A stretch of DNA of 64,000 nt from Pristiophorus japonicus (taxonomy: Eukaryota). This document shows, piece after piece, positions 52,301 to 64,000 of the stretch. Where the stretch lies: NCBI RefSeq assembly GCF_044704955.1, contig NC_091999.1, positions 29,698,001 through 29,762,000 on the forward strand. The letters are read 5' to 3'. The first letter of the stretch is position 1; each line of letters begins with the position of its first letter. The notes below the pieces were generated by a model. That model searched no databases. It had not been told where the DNA came from and saw only the letters and a program-made list of their open reading frames with translations. The position numbers and the translations under genes are program-made.

Positions 52301-52683
52301 TGCTCAATACTTTAACTGTCAGACAGGTTTTAGTATCGAGCAGAGCCCGCAGGAGACTCCGGGCCCACAGCAGTGGGGAGAGTCCCAGTGACCCAGAGAT
52401 GGAGAAGCGAAGGAAATCCGTAATTTTACTGTTTGTTATATCCGGCAATTTTATCCTGTTATGGGCAGTGTTTCTGTTACATTCTGTGGTTACACGATTG
52501 TATTTGTTAAACGTTATTCGTGTATCTCTACCTGAATATGTACAGGAAATGGGATTTATGCTTCAGCTCCTGAGTTGCTGCACTAACACATGTATTTATG
52601 CCGTGACCCAGACGAAATTCAGAGAGGAGTTGAAGAATGTGGTGAAATATCCCTTTACTGTAATTGTTAAATGTATTAAATAA
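49370..52683 (+). CDS. Class A GPCR, GPR139/GPR142-like; two exons, join(49370..49466,51785..52683), 331 aa
   Basis: Exon 1 encodes MFWEIPTELSILWALLNVERIYYPLLAAVGVP and ends at a GTGAG donor (phase 1). Exon 2 follows a polypyrimidine tract and CAG, giving VNLVTIMILSRGRCGLSKC...YLVAMAAADLLV...SVWFTVAFTFDRCIAIC...PFVLILLLN...LLSCCTNTCIY...FREEL. Seven hydrophobic segments; no stops. Confidence 0.9.
49556..50000. repeat. Intronic tandem repeat, 111-112-bp unit, 4 copies
   Basis: TGGCAATGCA anchors at 49580, 49691, 49803 and 49915. Confidence 0.92.
50820..51050. repeat. Degenerate ~25-bp repeat (GACTCCATTCCCCTC...GGCCACA)
   Basis: Recurrent ACTCCATTCC motif. Confidence 0.6.
51361..51678. repeat. 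Intronic 43-bp minisatellite, about 7 near-identical copies
   Basis: AAACACCACACGACCCATCCGCTGGTGTAATCAGTCCTGACCC repeated. Confidence 0.95.
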
Positions 52684-54419
52684 TAAGAATCACACAATGT
52701 TTTGGGCGTGTATTCTGCCCAATCCGCTCATCTCTGTTATACACACACAGTGAGGCCTGTTTTCATCTTTAATGCGCGCGGATTCAGCGACTAACAAAAC
52801 TGATAGAGGTGAGGAAGTCCACGGAGATCAGTCCCGCTGGACTCCTGCGGGATTTATCCCCGCTAAGACGTCTGCTGCGGCCTGGGACGGATTTATAAAG
52901 TTCCCGACCGCCAGGCTCGTGTCGGATGTGTTTACCCAAAGGGAGCGGCACGGGGAAGGTGGCTCTGTTACTTTTCAGACCACGGGCGGGCCGCTCAGTC
53001 CCCAGTACTCCCAGGAGAATCTGGGGGGAAATGGCCTGGGACCAAACAACAGCCAGAGAGGGAAGGTTTCAAAGGCTCAAAGGTCAGTGCTTTCATCCTT
53101 TTGCAGGCTCCTTGTGTTTTTCTCCCAGTGGGGTTTAACCTGAGCAGCTCCAACGCCTGGTGATAGCGGCGTATCCTTGTTTCAGAAAATCTACCTTTGG
53201 GATTAAAGGGTCTCCTGCAGACGGAGTATATCCCAGTGACATTCACCACTATAACGTTCATTTGTAAGTTTGCCTGAACAATGCGGTGATCTGCAGGATG
53301 AAGTGTTCCCCGCAAACACTCGACACACATTAAACTCAGCTCCTCCTCACTCTGTGTAAAATCTCCGAGCTCAACATAGCCCATAATATGCAGTGTTCAG
53401 GGAGGGTGGTAACGAGCTTTGTTACTAGGTATTGCTGTACCTGTGTAGTAATACAGCGGTGAAACCCCCATGACACTGTGCCTGAGCATTGTGACATCAC
53501 AGACCTGCCCTTCTGACCACGCCCTGGTTTGTGGTTGACACAGAATCGCATTTCAGACATCCCTTCTCCCTCACCCATCACTTTACAAAGAGTTACTTAA
53601 TGTCTGCAGCACAGAAATAGGCCATTCGGTGCTCGCGGCTGCAAACTGGTCTGAGGGGTCCCCCTGAGGTTTCCCTGGGGGTGCTGGGAGTTAGCAGCCC
53701 GTCTGCCTGTGGACTGCAAATTTACAGAGCGACCTTCCCCACCCCGACCATTTCGGCCCAGCAGAGCATGCCAGAGCTTACTCGATCATCACATCCTGAT
53801 CTTAAACAGAGTGCACAAAGAGAGTAGTAAACTTGGGAACGTAGAGAAAGGTGAGATTCAGTGGTAAGTCCGTGGTGAGTCTGGCTGAGTATTAGCTGTA
53901 AGAAGGGAAATTTAGTTTAACGTTTTGAATTGAACTTAGAACTTTAAAAACAGAAGTTAGCAGAAACTGCCTGTTAGTGGTAGTTAACTATCAGTCAGCT
54001 GTAAGTGTTAGTCTTAAATATGTGCTAATTACTGCGAGCAATGGGCATGGAGCTGAGACAGCACTTGTAACTTGTGTGTGGCTCCAAAGGGATGAACTAA
54101 ACACTAACTGCTGACTCACAGTGTGTTCTGCACAGTGATATTAAACGGAATTTGGTGAGAGTTTGAATGGGAAATGTGGTTGAAGGAGGTGCTGCTTTGG
54201 CCTCCAAAATACAGCAGGTAGATGAACGTTTGGTGAGTATTACCTTTTTTCTCGAAGCTTGGTCCACACTAAGACCTGGGAGCAATACAATACTTTATTA
54301 AATTAATAATTTAACTATAATTACTAATTAATTAATATCATTATAAATAACCATTGAATAAAAACTAAGTAATTCAATTAATTCAGTGTGTAAATAAGCA
54401 AATACATTTATAAAAAATA

Positions 54420-55377
54420 ACTAAAGATGGCAGGGCAGGCAATGAGTCGAGACATTAATGTGTGTGAGTTTGTGGACATCAAATCTGTCCCACATTCCCA
54501 CATCTGCAGGAAATGTCTCTGCTTTATTCTCTCTGGCTCAGGGTAATTGGGCTGGAGTGCGAGTTCGACACACTCTGAAACACACAGGATAAGTAATTTA
54601 ATCCAGAAAACAGTCACATCCCACAGAAAAACGCAGTTTCAGGAAAGTCCGTGTCTGATTGGGTGCCGTGTAGCGAGAACTGAGGAGAGGCTGATAATGA
54701 GATACTGCTCCTGCCCAACGATAAGGATAAAGATTGCGTGGAGGACATCCACAATACATACCAAGGTACGTGGCTCAGAAGGTTGTCCACAGGCAGAGAT
54801 AGGAAGAAATATTAAACAATTACTTTGCATCAGTATTTATCAGGGAGTCAACACAGGTGGACATGACATTGGATGATATTAGAAATGAAATAACTGCATT
54901 TAAAATAACAAGAGGGAAAATATTATATAAACTAATCAAACCGAAAATGGATAAAATGCCGGCTTCGGATTATTACATCAAGGGAAGAGATAGCAGAGGC
55001 ATTAATAAACATATTTAATACATCGTTAGAATAAAGTGCAGTGCCGGAGGATTGGCAGATACCTAATGTAATACCTATTTTTAAGAAGGGAGGTAGAACG
55101 TGTCTGAGGAACTATAGTCCAGTCAACTTAACTTCGTTGGGAGGAAAAATAATGGATTCCCTACTAAAGGAGAAAGTGGAAGAACAACTAGAAACCAAAC
55201 ATGAATAGTCAGCATGGATAAGAAAAGGGAAAGTCTTGAATTGACCAAATTCTTTGAATTTTTCGAATAAGTAACAGATAGCGTAAACTAACGTAATGTA
55301 GTAGATGTAATTTATCTAGATTTCGAAAGGCCTTCGATAAGATACCCCATAATAGACTGAAAGGGAAGATCACAAAT
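54420..55377 (+). mobile_element. Old, internally deleted CR1 LINE (ORF1 start and RT fragment), interrupted by ERV-C
   Basis: ATGGCAGGGCAG...CACATCTGCAGGAAATGTCTC resembles the CR1 ORF1 zinc-finger start. 54950-55375 gives VPEDWQIPNVIPIFKKG, NYSPVNLTS and YLDF..AFDKIPHNRL remnants. Confidence 0.7.
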
Positions 55378-56435
55378 TGTAATTACAATTAATAATAATA
55401 ATTGGGATGTTTAAAATGGAGTTAACAGATTTTTAAAATAGATCCCACAGCCTGTTTTTCAGACTGTGGGAAGCATGTGTGGGATGCCTTCCGCAGAGGG
55501 TCAGATGTTTCAATTCATAGACCAAAGCCCTTGGGAGCTGGGCACAGACACAGATAACATAGAATTTGAATTCTGTAATAAGATACAAGTTAAATAAAAG
55601 GAATCATAACAACACGTATCCTGAATTACTAATTAAAGTATATAGAGGCCAGATTGGAGGAAGCAACCTACCAGATAATCATGTATTAATCAATCAGCAC
55701 ATATTAATTGTAACTTGCGTAATTACGTAAGACGATAGTCTGAAACTGTATAAAATAAGATGTCTCTGGCAGTTTCTCTGAGCATTCGTTCAAGGGTAGC
55801 ACACCTGCCAGCTTGTATCTCCGAGTGGTGGTTTGAAGTTAACTCTAACAACGTGGCGCAGTCAGCAGGATCTACTGGACGGGCAGATTGTCGTCAAAAA
55901 GCCAAACCAACCGAATAATGAGTGAGTAGAGAATTACCTTGAGAAATTCTCCTCGCAAAGTAACCAGAGATCCAACGAATCTGAGGTAGAGTCCATGCAG
56001 CCAGTAAATCCAGTTGAAGGGTGCGTCAGGACAATGCAAATAAATACTGTAAGTGTCGGTACAATAAGCACGTATACGGGATATCGGGGAAAAAGCCTCA
56101 GTGTATATAGTGCCGCATAAGTAAAGGCAGAAAAACAGCACTAGGTAAAAAGCCTTGGTTTAAAAAGTTCTGCTTAAGTAAAGATGGTAAAACAGGAACT
56201 GGGGAAAAAGCCCCAATGTATGAAATGGCAAAGGAATCTGCCAAGGCCTTTGGAGGGCTGATGTATAAACTACCAGAAGAGTTTCTGAGAGATAAATCTG
56301 AAAAGGTCATGAAGATGGTTAAGGCAGGATATGATGAAGGGAAAAAGATAATTTTAACAGCCGGAAAGATGAATAGAAAGATACCCGAAGGTGAGATGGA
56401 CAGAGAAAGTGACAAAAGACAACAGGATGTAAGTG

Positions 56436-57204
56436 GAGAGAGGTGGGAGTCGAGAGAGGCAGCGGCCTATAAAAGGCTCAGCAGTCCGGGGAGCGTCGAG
56501 AGAGGCGGGAGTCGAGAGAGGCAGCGGCCTATAAAAGGCTCAGCAGTCCGGGGAGTGTCGAGAGAGGCGGGAGTCGGGAGAGGCAGCGGCCTATAAAAGG
56601 CTCAGCAGTCCGGGGAGGGTCGAGAGAGGCGGGAGTCGAGAGAGGCAGCGGCCTATAAAAGGCTCAGCAGTCCGGGGAGCGTCGAGAGAGGCGGGAGTCG
56701 AGAGAGGCAGCGGCCTATAAAAGGCTCAGCAGTCCGGGGAGGGTCGAGAGAGGCGGGAGTCGAGAGAGGCAGCGGCCTATAAAAGGCTCAGCAGTCCGGG
56801 GAGCGTCGAGAGAGGCGGGAGTCGAGAGAGGCAGCGGCCTATAAAAGGCTCAGCAGTCCGGGGAGCGTCGAGAGAGGCGGGAGTCGAGAGAGGCAGCGGC
56901 CTATAAAAGGCTCAGCAGTCCGGGGAGCGTCGAGAGAGGCGGGAGTCGAGAGAGGCAGCGGCCTATAAAAGGCTCAGCAGTCCGGGGAGCGTCGAGAGAG
57001 GCGGGAGTCGAGAGAGGCAGCGGCCTATAAAAGGCTCAGCAGTCCGGGGAGCGTCGAGAGAGGCGGGAGTCGAGAGAGGCAGCGGCCTATAAAAGGCTCA
57101 GCAGTCCGGGGAGCGTCGAGAGAGGCGGGAGTCGAGAGAGGCAGCGGCCTATAAAAGGCTCAGCAGTCCGGGGAGCGTCGAGAGAGGCGGGAGTCGAGAG
57201 AGGC
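56436..57204 (+). repeat. 62-bp tandem monomers (12 copies) at the CR1 5' end, each with TATAAAA and a GC-box-like motif
   Basis: TATAAAA every 62 bp from 56468 to 57150; unit GAGAGAGGCGGGAGTCGAGAGAGGCAGCGGCCTATAAAAGGCTCAGCAGTCCGGGGAGCGTC. Confidence 0.95.
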
Positions 57205-57387
57205 GTACCGGTGCAGCTCCAGCTGGGAGAGAAGGCAAAAAAGAAGTAGAAATAAATCAAAAGGTGACGTCACAGCCAACGTGGTAAGTGATTGGCTGCT
57301 GATTGGTGAGTAGTTTTTCTTTTTCTTTATTAGTCAGTAACTTTTAACATTGTTGTCGGCAATTTAACTGTATCTAAGGGTTAAGTC

Positions 57388-58324
57388 ATGGCAGGACAGC
57401 TCGGTCACGTGATATGCTCCTCCTGTACCAGGGGACAACACCAGTGTCCCTGACGACTACATGTGCGGGAAGTGTGTCCACCTCCGGCTACTGACGGTCC
57501 GCGTTGCGGAGTTGGAGCTGAAGGTGGATTCACTCTGGAGCATCCACGATGCTGAGAATGACGTGAGTATCACGTGTAGCGAGTCGGTCTTACTGCAGGA
57601 GAAGGGTCCACAGCCAGCGAGGGAATGGAAGACCAGCAGGAAGAGTAGTGCAAGGAAGGTAGTGCAGGGGTCCCCTGTGGTCATCCCCCTGCAAAACAGA
57701 TACACCGCTTTGAGTACTGTTGAGGGGGATGACTCATCGGGGGAGGGCAGCAGCAGCCAAGGTCATGGCACCGTGGCTGGCTCTGTTGCACAGGAGGGCA
57801 GGAAAAAGCGTGGAAGAGCGATAGTGATAGGGGATTCAATTGTAACGGGAATAGATAGGCGTTTCTGCGGCCGCAACCGAGACTCCAGGATGGTATGTTG
57901 CCTCCCTGGTGCAAGGGTCAAGGATGTCTCGGAGCGGGTGGAGGACATTCTAAAAAGGGAGGGAGAACAGCCAGTTGTCGTGGTGCACGTTGGTACCAAT
58001 GACATAGGTAAAAAAAGGGATGAGTTCCTACGAAATGAATTTAAGGAGCTAGGAGCTAAATTAAAAAGTAGGACCTCAAAAGTAGTAATCTCGGGATTGC
58101 TACCAGTGCCACGTGCTAGTCAGAGTAGGAATCGCAGGTTAGCTCAGATGAATACGTGGCTTGAGCAATGGTGCAGCAGGGAGGGATTCAAATTCCTGGG
58201 GCATTGGAAACGGTTCTGGGGGAGGTGGGACCAGTACAATCCGGACGGTCTGCACCTGGGCAGAATCGGAACCAATGTCCTCGGGGGAGTGTTTGCTAGT
58301 GCTGTTGGGGAGGAGTTAAACTAA
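57388..58324 (+). pseudogene. CR1 ORF1 (zinc finger/leucine zipper + SGNH esterase), frameshifted near the 5' end
   Basis: ATG at 57388 (MAGQLGHVICSSC) is out of frame with ORF 57461-58324 (CGKC...LELKV; IGDSIV, LPGA, HVGTND, DGLHL). Confidence 0.85.
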
Positions 58325-58401
58325 TATGGCAGGGGGATGGGAACCAATGCAGGGAGATAGAGGGAAACAAAAAGGAGGCAAAAACAAAAGACAGAAAGGA
58401 G

Positions 58402-61308
58402 ATGAGGAAAAGTGGAGGGCAGAGAAACCCAAGGCAAAGAACAAAAAGGGCCATTGTACAGCAAAATTCTAAAAGGACAGAGGGTGTTAAAAAAACAAGC
58501 CTAAAGGCTTTGTGTCTTAATGCAAGGAGTATCCGCAATAAGGTGGATGAATTAACTGTGCAAATAGATGTTAACAAATATGATGTGATTGGGATTACGG
58601 AGACGTGGCTCCAGGATGAGCAGGGCTGGGAACTCAACATCCAGGGGTATTCAACATTCAGGAAGGATAGAATAAAAGGAAAAGGAGGTGGGGTAGCATT
58701 GCTGGTTAAGGAGGAGATTAAGGCAATAGTTAGGAAGGACATTAGCTTGGATGATGTGGAATCTATATGGGTAGAGCTGCAGAACACCAAAGGGCAAAAA
58801 TCGTTAGTGGGAGTTGTGTACAGACCTCCAAACAGTAGTAGTGATGTTGGGGAGGGCATCAAACAGGAAATTAGGGGTGCGTGCAATAAAGGTGCAGCAG
58901 TTATAATGGGTGACTTTAATATGCACAAAAATTGGGCTAACCAAACTGGAAGCAATACGGTGGAGGAGGATTTTCTGGAGTGCATAAGGGATGGTTTTTT
59001 AGACCAATATGTCGAGGAACCAACTAGGGGGGAGGCCATCTTAGACTGGGTGTTATGTAATGAGAAAGGATTAATTAGCAATCTCGTTGTGCGAGGCCCC
59101 TTGGGGAAGAGTGACCATAATATGGTGGAATTCTGCATTAGGATGGAGAATGAAACAGTTAATTCAGAGACCATGGTCCAGAACTTAAAGAAGGCTAACT
59201 TTGAAGGTATGAGGCGTGAATTGGCTGAGATGGATTGGCGAATGATACTTAAGGGGTTGACTGTGGATGGGCAATGGCAGACATTTAGAGACCGCATGGA
59301 TGAACTACAACAATTGTACATTCCTGTCTGGCATAGAAATAAAAAAGGGAAGGTGGCTCAACCGTGGCTATCAAGGGAAATCAGGGATAGTATTAAAGCC
59401 AAGGAAGTGGCATACAAATTGGCCAGAAATAGCAGCGAACCTGGGGACTGGGAGAAATTTAGAACTCAGCAGAGGAGGACAAAGGGTTTGATTAGGGCAG
59501 GGAAAATGGATTATGAGAAGAAGCTTGCAGGGAACATTAAGACGGATTGCAAAAGTTTCTATAGATATGCAAAGAGAAAAAGGTTAGTAAAGACAAATGT
59601 AGGTCCCCTGCAGTCAGAATCAGGGGAAGTCATAACGGGGAACAAAGAAATGGCGGACCAATTGAACAAGTACTTTGGTTCGGTATTCACGAAGGAGGAC
59701 ACGAACAACCTTCCGGTTATAAAAGGGGTCGGGGGGTCTAGTAAGGAGGAGGAACTGAGGGAAATCCTTATTAGCCGGGAAATTGTGTTGGGGAAATTGA
59801 TGGGATTGAAGGCCGATAAATCCCCAGGGCCTGATGGACTGCATCCCAGAGTACTTAAGGAGGTGGCCTTGGAAATAGTGGATGCGTTGACAGTCAGTTT
59901 CCAACATTCCATTGACTCTGGATCAGTTCCTATGGAGTGGAGGGTAGCCAATGTAACCCCACTTTTTAAAAAAGGAGGGAGAGAGAAAACAGGGAATTAT
60001 AGACTGGTCAGCCTGACATCGGTAGTGGGTAAAATGATGGAATCAATTATCAAGGATGTCATAGCAGTGCATTTGGAAAGAGGTGACATGATAGGTCCAA
60101 GTCAGCATGGATTTGTGAAAGGGAAATCATGCTTGACAAATCTTCTGGAATTTTTTGAGGATGTTTCCAGTAGAGTGGATAAGGGAGAACCTGTTGATGT
60201 GGTATATTTGGACTTTCAGAAGGCGTTCGACAAGGTCCCACACAAGAGATTGATGTGCAAAGTTAGAGCACATGGGATTGGGGGTAGTGTACTGACATGG
60301 ATTGAGAACTGGTTGTCAGACAGGAAGCAAAGAGTAGGAGTAAATGGGTACTTTTCAGAATGGCAGGCAGTGACTAGTGGGGTACCGCAAGGTTCTGTGC
60401 TGGGGCCCCAGCTGTTTACACTGTACATTAATGATTTAGATGAGGGGATTAAATGTAGTATCTCCAAATTTGCGGATGACACTAAGTTGGGTGGCAGTGT
60501 GAGCTGCGAGGAGGATGCTGTGAGGCTGCAGAGCGACTTGGATAGGTTAGGTGAGTGGGCAAATGCATGGCAGATGAAGTATAATGTGGATAAATGTGAG
60601 GTTATCCACTTTGGTGGTAAAAACAGAGAGACAGACTATTATCTGAATGGTGACAGATTAGGAAAAGGGGAGGTGCAAAGAGACCTGGGTGTCATGGTAC
60701 ATCAGTCATTGAAGGTTGGCATGCAGGTGCAGCAGGCGGTTAAGAAAGCAAATGGCATGTTGGCCTTCATAGCAAGGGGATTTGAGTAAAGGGGCAGGGA
60801 GGTGTTGCTACAGTTGTACAGGGCATTGGTGAGGCCACACCTGGAGTATTGTGTACAGTTTTGGTCTCCTAACCTGAGGAAGGACATTCTTGCTATTGAG
60901 GGAGTGCAGCGAAGGTTCACCAGACTGATTCCCGGGATGGCGGGACTGACCTATCAAGAAAGACTGGATCAACTGGGCTTGTATTCACTGGAGTTCAGAA
61001 GAATGAGAGGGGACCTCATAGAAACATATAAAATTCTGACGGGGTTAGACAGGTTAGATGCAGGAAGAATGTTCCCAATGTTGGGGAAGTCCAGAACCAG
61101 GGGTCACAGTCTAAGGATAAGGGGTAAGCCATTTAGGACCGAGATGCGGAGGAACTTCTTCACCCAGAGAGTGGTGAACCTGTGGAATTCTCTACCACAG
61201 AAAGTTGTTGAGGCCAATTCACTAAATATATTCAAAAAGGAGTTAGATGAGGTTCTTACTGCTAGGGGGATCAAGGGGTATGGCGAGAAAGCAGGAATGG
61301 GGTACTGA
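58402..61308 (+). pseudogene. CR1 ORF2 (APE endonuclease + RT) with a single in-frame stop
   Basis: LNARSI, ITETWL, YRPP, GDFN, SDH; KSPGPDG, LDFQKAFD, GVPQGSVLGP, FADDTK. TAA at 60787-89, after which the frame continues to 61308. Confidence 0.93.
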
Positions 61309-63229
61309 AGTTGAATGTTCAGCCATGAACTCATTGAATGGCGGTGCAGGCTAGAAGGGCCGAATGGCCTACTCCTGCACCTATTTTCTATGTTTCTATG
61401 TTTCTATAAAAATAGATATAGATGACTGAAGGGAATGGACAGAGAAATTTGGCCCAAATTTGTATCCCCCACTAACAGGGTTATGATTAGGACCTGATGA
61501 AAATGAAGGATTGATTGGGGTCCAGAAGGCTCGCTTAGGAGATATTTTTCGGAAGTCCATAACAAAAACTGTTCGTGACTATCTTAAGTGAAGTATGGAT
61601 ACAAAAATAGAGCCGGCCAAACAATAAGCTTTGTTGAATGAAGAGAGATTTTTGTGAATGTCTGTCTTTGAATGAATGTGCTTGTGTGATTTTTAACTTC
61701 GGAATATTTGAGGTGGGAATTAATGAATTTTTCAGGTGTCTGAAAGCCTGCTTCAGAAGTGGTAGAGCTGTCTGTTGTTATGGCCCCACCCACTTTTTCA
61801 GACAGAGTGAATTTGTTTTAACCCTTTGAAGTGTTGTCCTGTATGAGGGAAGTTTTAAGAAAGTGTGAACCTAGAATTGAATTACATTTTAATTTAGAAA
61901 CGCAGGTGTGGATTTATTCAGATGATATGTTATGGAGCTAGGAAATGCACAAAGGATAGGTTTGTTGAGCAAAAGATAAAAAATGTGTGGTCCCGATGGT
62001 TTTAAAAAAAATGTTTTGACACGCTCACTTGTCAAAAGAAAACACGTATGCATTGATTACATTTTGTTGAAAGACAATACATTTAGTCTAGGAATGAAAT
62101 AAAGAACGATGAAGGGAAATTGTAATGCCTTAAAAAAAGAAGCCTGCGTGGGTGTCTCAAGGCTGTGGGCTGGGGAAATACGCCCCCATATTCCTTTGTG
62201 TAAAATCTTGATGCGAAAGCTTCTAGCTCAGTAAAAAGATTTTTAAATAAAAGATTGGCAATACGATATTTGAATTGGGATTTTGAGATATTTCTGGTGA
62301 TTCTCCTTGATAAACATTTTGGTTGTATTGGAAAATCTTGGATTTGGAAGACTTTTAATAAAAGTAAACATATTGCGTCTGAAGCTGAAGCTTAAAAAGA
62401 TTAAAATTATGAGATACTGTATCACAAAATTGAAGTTACAGCGCAAAAGAATAGAGTTTTTGATGTTCAGCTTCTAAAACAGAAGTCAGGCACATAATTA
62501 TAAAACAAGTACTTTGTATTCTGTGATCTGTGAATCACTATAAGCATAAATGATAAGTCCGATTAAAAAACAGTATTACCATATTTGACATTTCATAATC
62601 CAACAATGAATACAAATACTACAAAAGGGGAGCAGAAATTAGGATGGGAGCAGTGAAGAGTTAATTTTGTTGTGAAGATTTCAAGTTCCACTCTTTAAGA
62701 AAATACACAACAAAATGAAATACATTTAACATAAAAATTTAAAGCTGATCTCTTAAAAAAAAGAAATAAAACAATAATTTTTGGAAACAATGTAGAAATA
62801 CCTTCAGGGATCAGGTCAAACTCCTGGGCAAGTGGGGAGCTATCTGCGAAAGTGTAAAAGGAATTTTGAAAAAAATTAAATGTTAAAACGGCAGGCTTTA
62901 GCAGTTTAGAACAAAGGAAAATATAAGTTGAACTTGTGACTTAAGATACAGTGGTTGAAGAACCATAGAAACTGAGACGTAAAGGCTTTGAAACTGGAAC
63001 ATGTGAGATAACAGAAAGCAGCTATCAAAGCCTTCGTGCTAGACTCTGTTCTAGTTATGAAAAATACATTTGAGATAACGGAAAGCAGGATTTAAAGTAA
63101 ATCCCAAAAAGGCACAAATCGGACAAGCTGTGGTACAGTACCTGGGACACGAAATATCTCAAGTAACTCGGACCATGTCCAATGGCAGGAAGGAGGACAT
63201 TAGGATTATGCCCCGACCAAAACCAGTCT

Positions 63230-64000
63230 GAGGGGTTTGTAAGGTACTGGGGTTCTTTAGCTATTGCAGGAATTTTGTGCCTAACCACAGCAATTGCAGA
63301 ACCAATACAATGGCTAGTGAAAGGAAAATCCGGTTGAAATGGAAATGTAAGAGTCTAACTAAAACCTGGAATATCCAAGATGTGTTTTATCAACAGAATA
63401 TAAACGTGACCATCACCGTCCTTCCGATTCTACAAGGACAAGCTACAAGGCCGCCCCGAGGGGGCCCAGAAGCATTTAACCACAGCGGAGGGTACAACAA
63501 CTACGTAAAGCAGCCTCTAGGGGGCGGCATCTAAGTGTCCGGAGCGTTTGTCTTGAAGCCATAAGATAAGTGTGTAAAAAATGTTACCTGAATATTGTAA
63601 ACCAGGGGAATTAACCTTGGGAAATTGCGTGGTAGTTAAACCTGGAACAGAAGTAATGTTGTTATTTGACAATGTGCAGCATGAAATGTTACCTGTGAGC
63701 ATAAATTAATCAGCCCTATACCTGCCAGAAAAAAATAGCCACAAGACTAAAGCTTTGTAAATAGGATTGCTAGACACAATCCTGAGAATAGCTAGTGACA
63801 CATCAGGAGCAAGGGAGTAACACAAGAAGCTGAGACACAAAGAAGGAAGACAGAGGAGATTTACAGCGAATGACGTATTAACTTTACAGGGACATCTCTA
63901 GTAGATGCACCAGATATACAGGCGATCCAGGCAGGTGTAGATAGTTTGAGGGGAACAACGGAGTTACTATTCAGGAAACAGACCAGGATTGAGATACAAT
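63230..64000 (+). pseudogene. env: env-like remnant of ERV-C (partial)
   Basis: Signal-peptide-like FVRYWGSLAIAGILCLTTAIA; furin-like RQRR|FTANDVLT near 63847-63882; then, after a frameshift, GTSLVDAPDIQAIQAGVDSLRGTTELL. Confidence 0.55.

Larger units (their letters stand above)
56436..61407 (+). mobile_element. Full-length, young CR1 LINE
   Basis: 5' monomer array, ORF1 esterase, ORF2 APE-RT, 3' UTR and (TTTCTATG)n tail. Confidence 0.95.
55378..64000 (+). mobile_element. ERV-like element C: putative 5' LTR 55378-~55850, PBS, internal region interrupted by CR1, env-like remnant running off the window
   Basis: A TGT start abuts the truncated CR1. TATAAAA near 55749. PBS TGGCGCAGTCAGCAGGAT at 55854-55871 is tRNA-Ser-like. 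Env-like sequence lies at ~63230-64000. The 3' LTR is not in the window. Confidence 0.6.

Noticed and set aside
58296-59321. 341-aa antisense ORF within CR1
   Set aside because: No recognisable domain; most likely a shadow ORF of ORF2.

Overview
Eukaryotic genomic DNA, inferred to be from a cartilaginous fish (shark-type IgM exons, CR1 LINEs, a GPR139-like gene). (1) 5.9-10.5 kb: a shark-type IgM heavy-chain constant-region pseudogene (CH1-CH4). Its secretory tailpiece is split: the last codons (S-C-Q-stop plus AATAAA) lie about 23.5 kb away at 34012-34067. (2) The splitting insertion is a 5'-truncated antisense CR1 LINE. That CR1 is itself interrupted, inside its ORF2, by a head-to-tail array of Tx1-clade (L1-Tx1) retrotransposons: one ~190-bp 3'-UTR fragment plus three ~7.1-kb full-length but disabled copies. 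Each unit is followed by the same ~17-bp piece of the host CR1 coding sequence (TTCATGCACAAGGACCA). The main candidate novelty is therefore a Tx1 family that appears to target a specific site in another LINE. (3) 35.8-45.5 kb and 55.4-64 kb: three degenerate endogenous retrovirus-like elements with tRNA-Arg or tRNA-Ser PBSs, two of them with env-like remnants. (4) An intact two-exon GPR139-like GPCR gene (49370-52683). (5) A near-intact full-length CR1 with twelve 62-bp TATA-containing 5' monomers (56.4-61.4 kb). (6) Several satellites, minisatellites and LINE/SINE fragments. Family assignments come from motif recognition and recalled sequences, not database searches.
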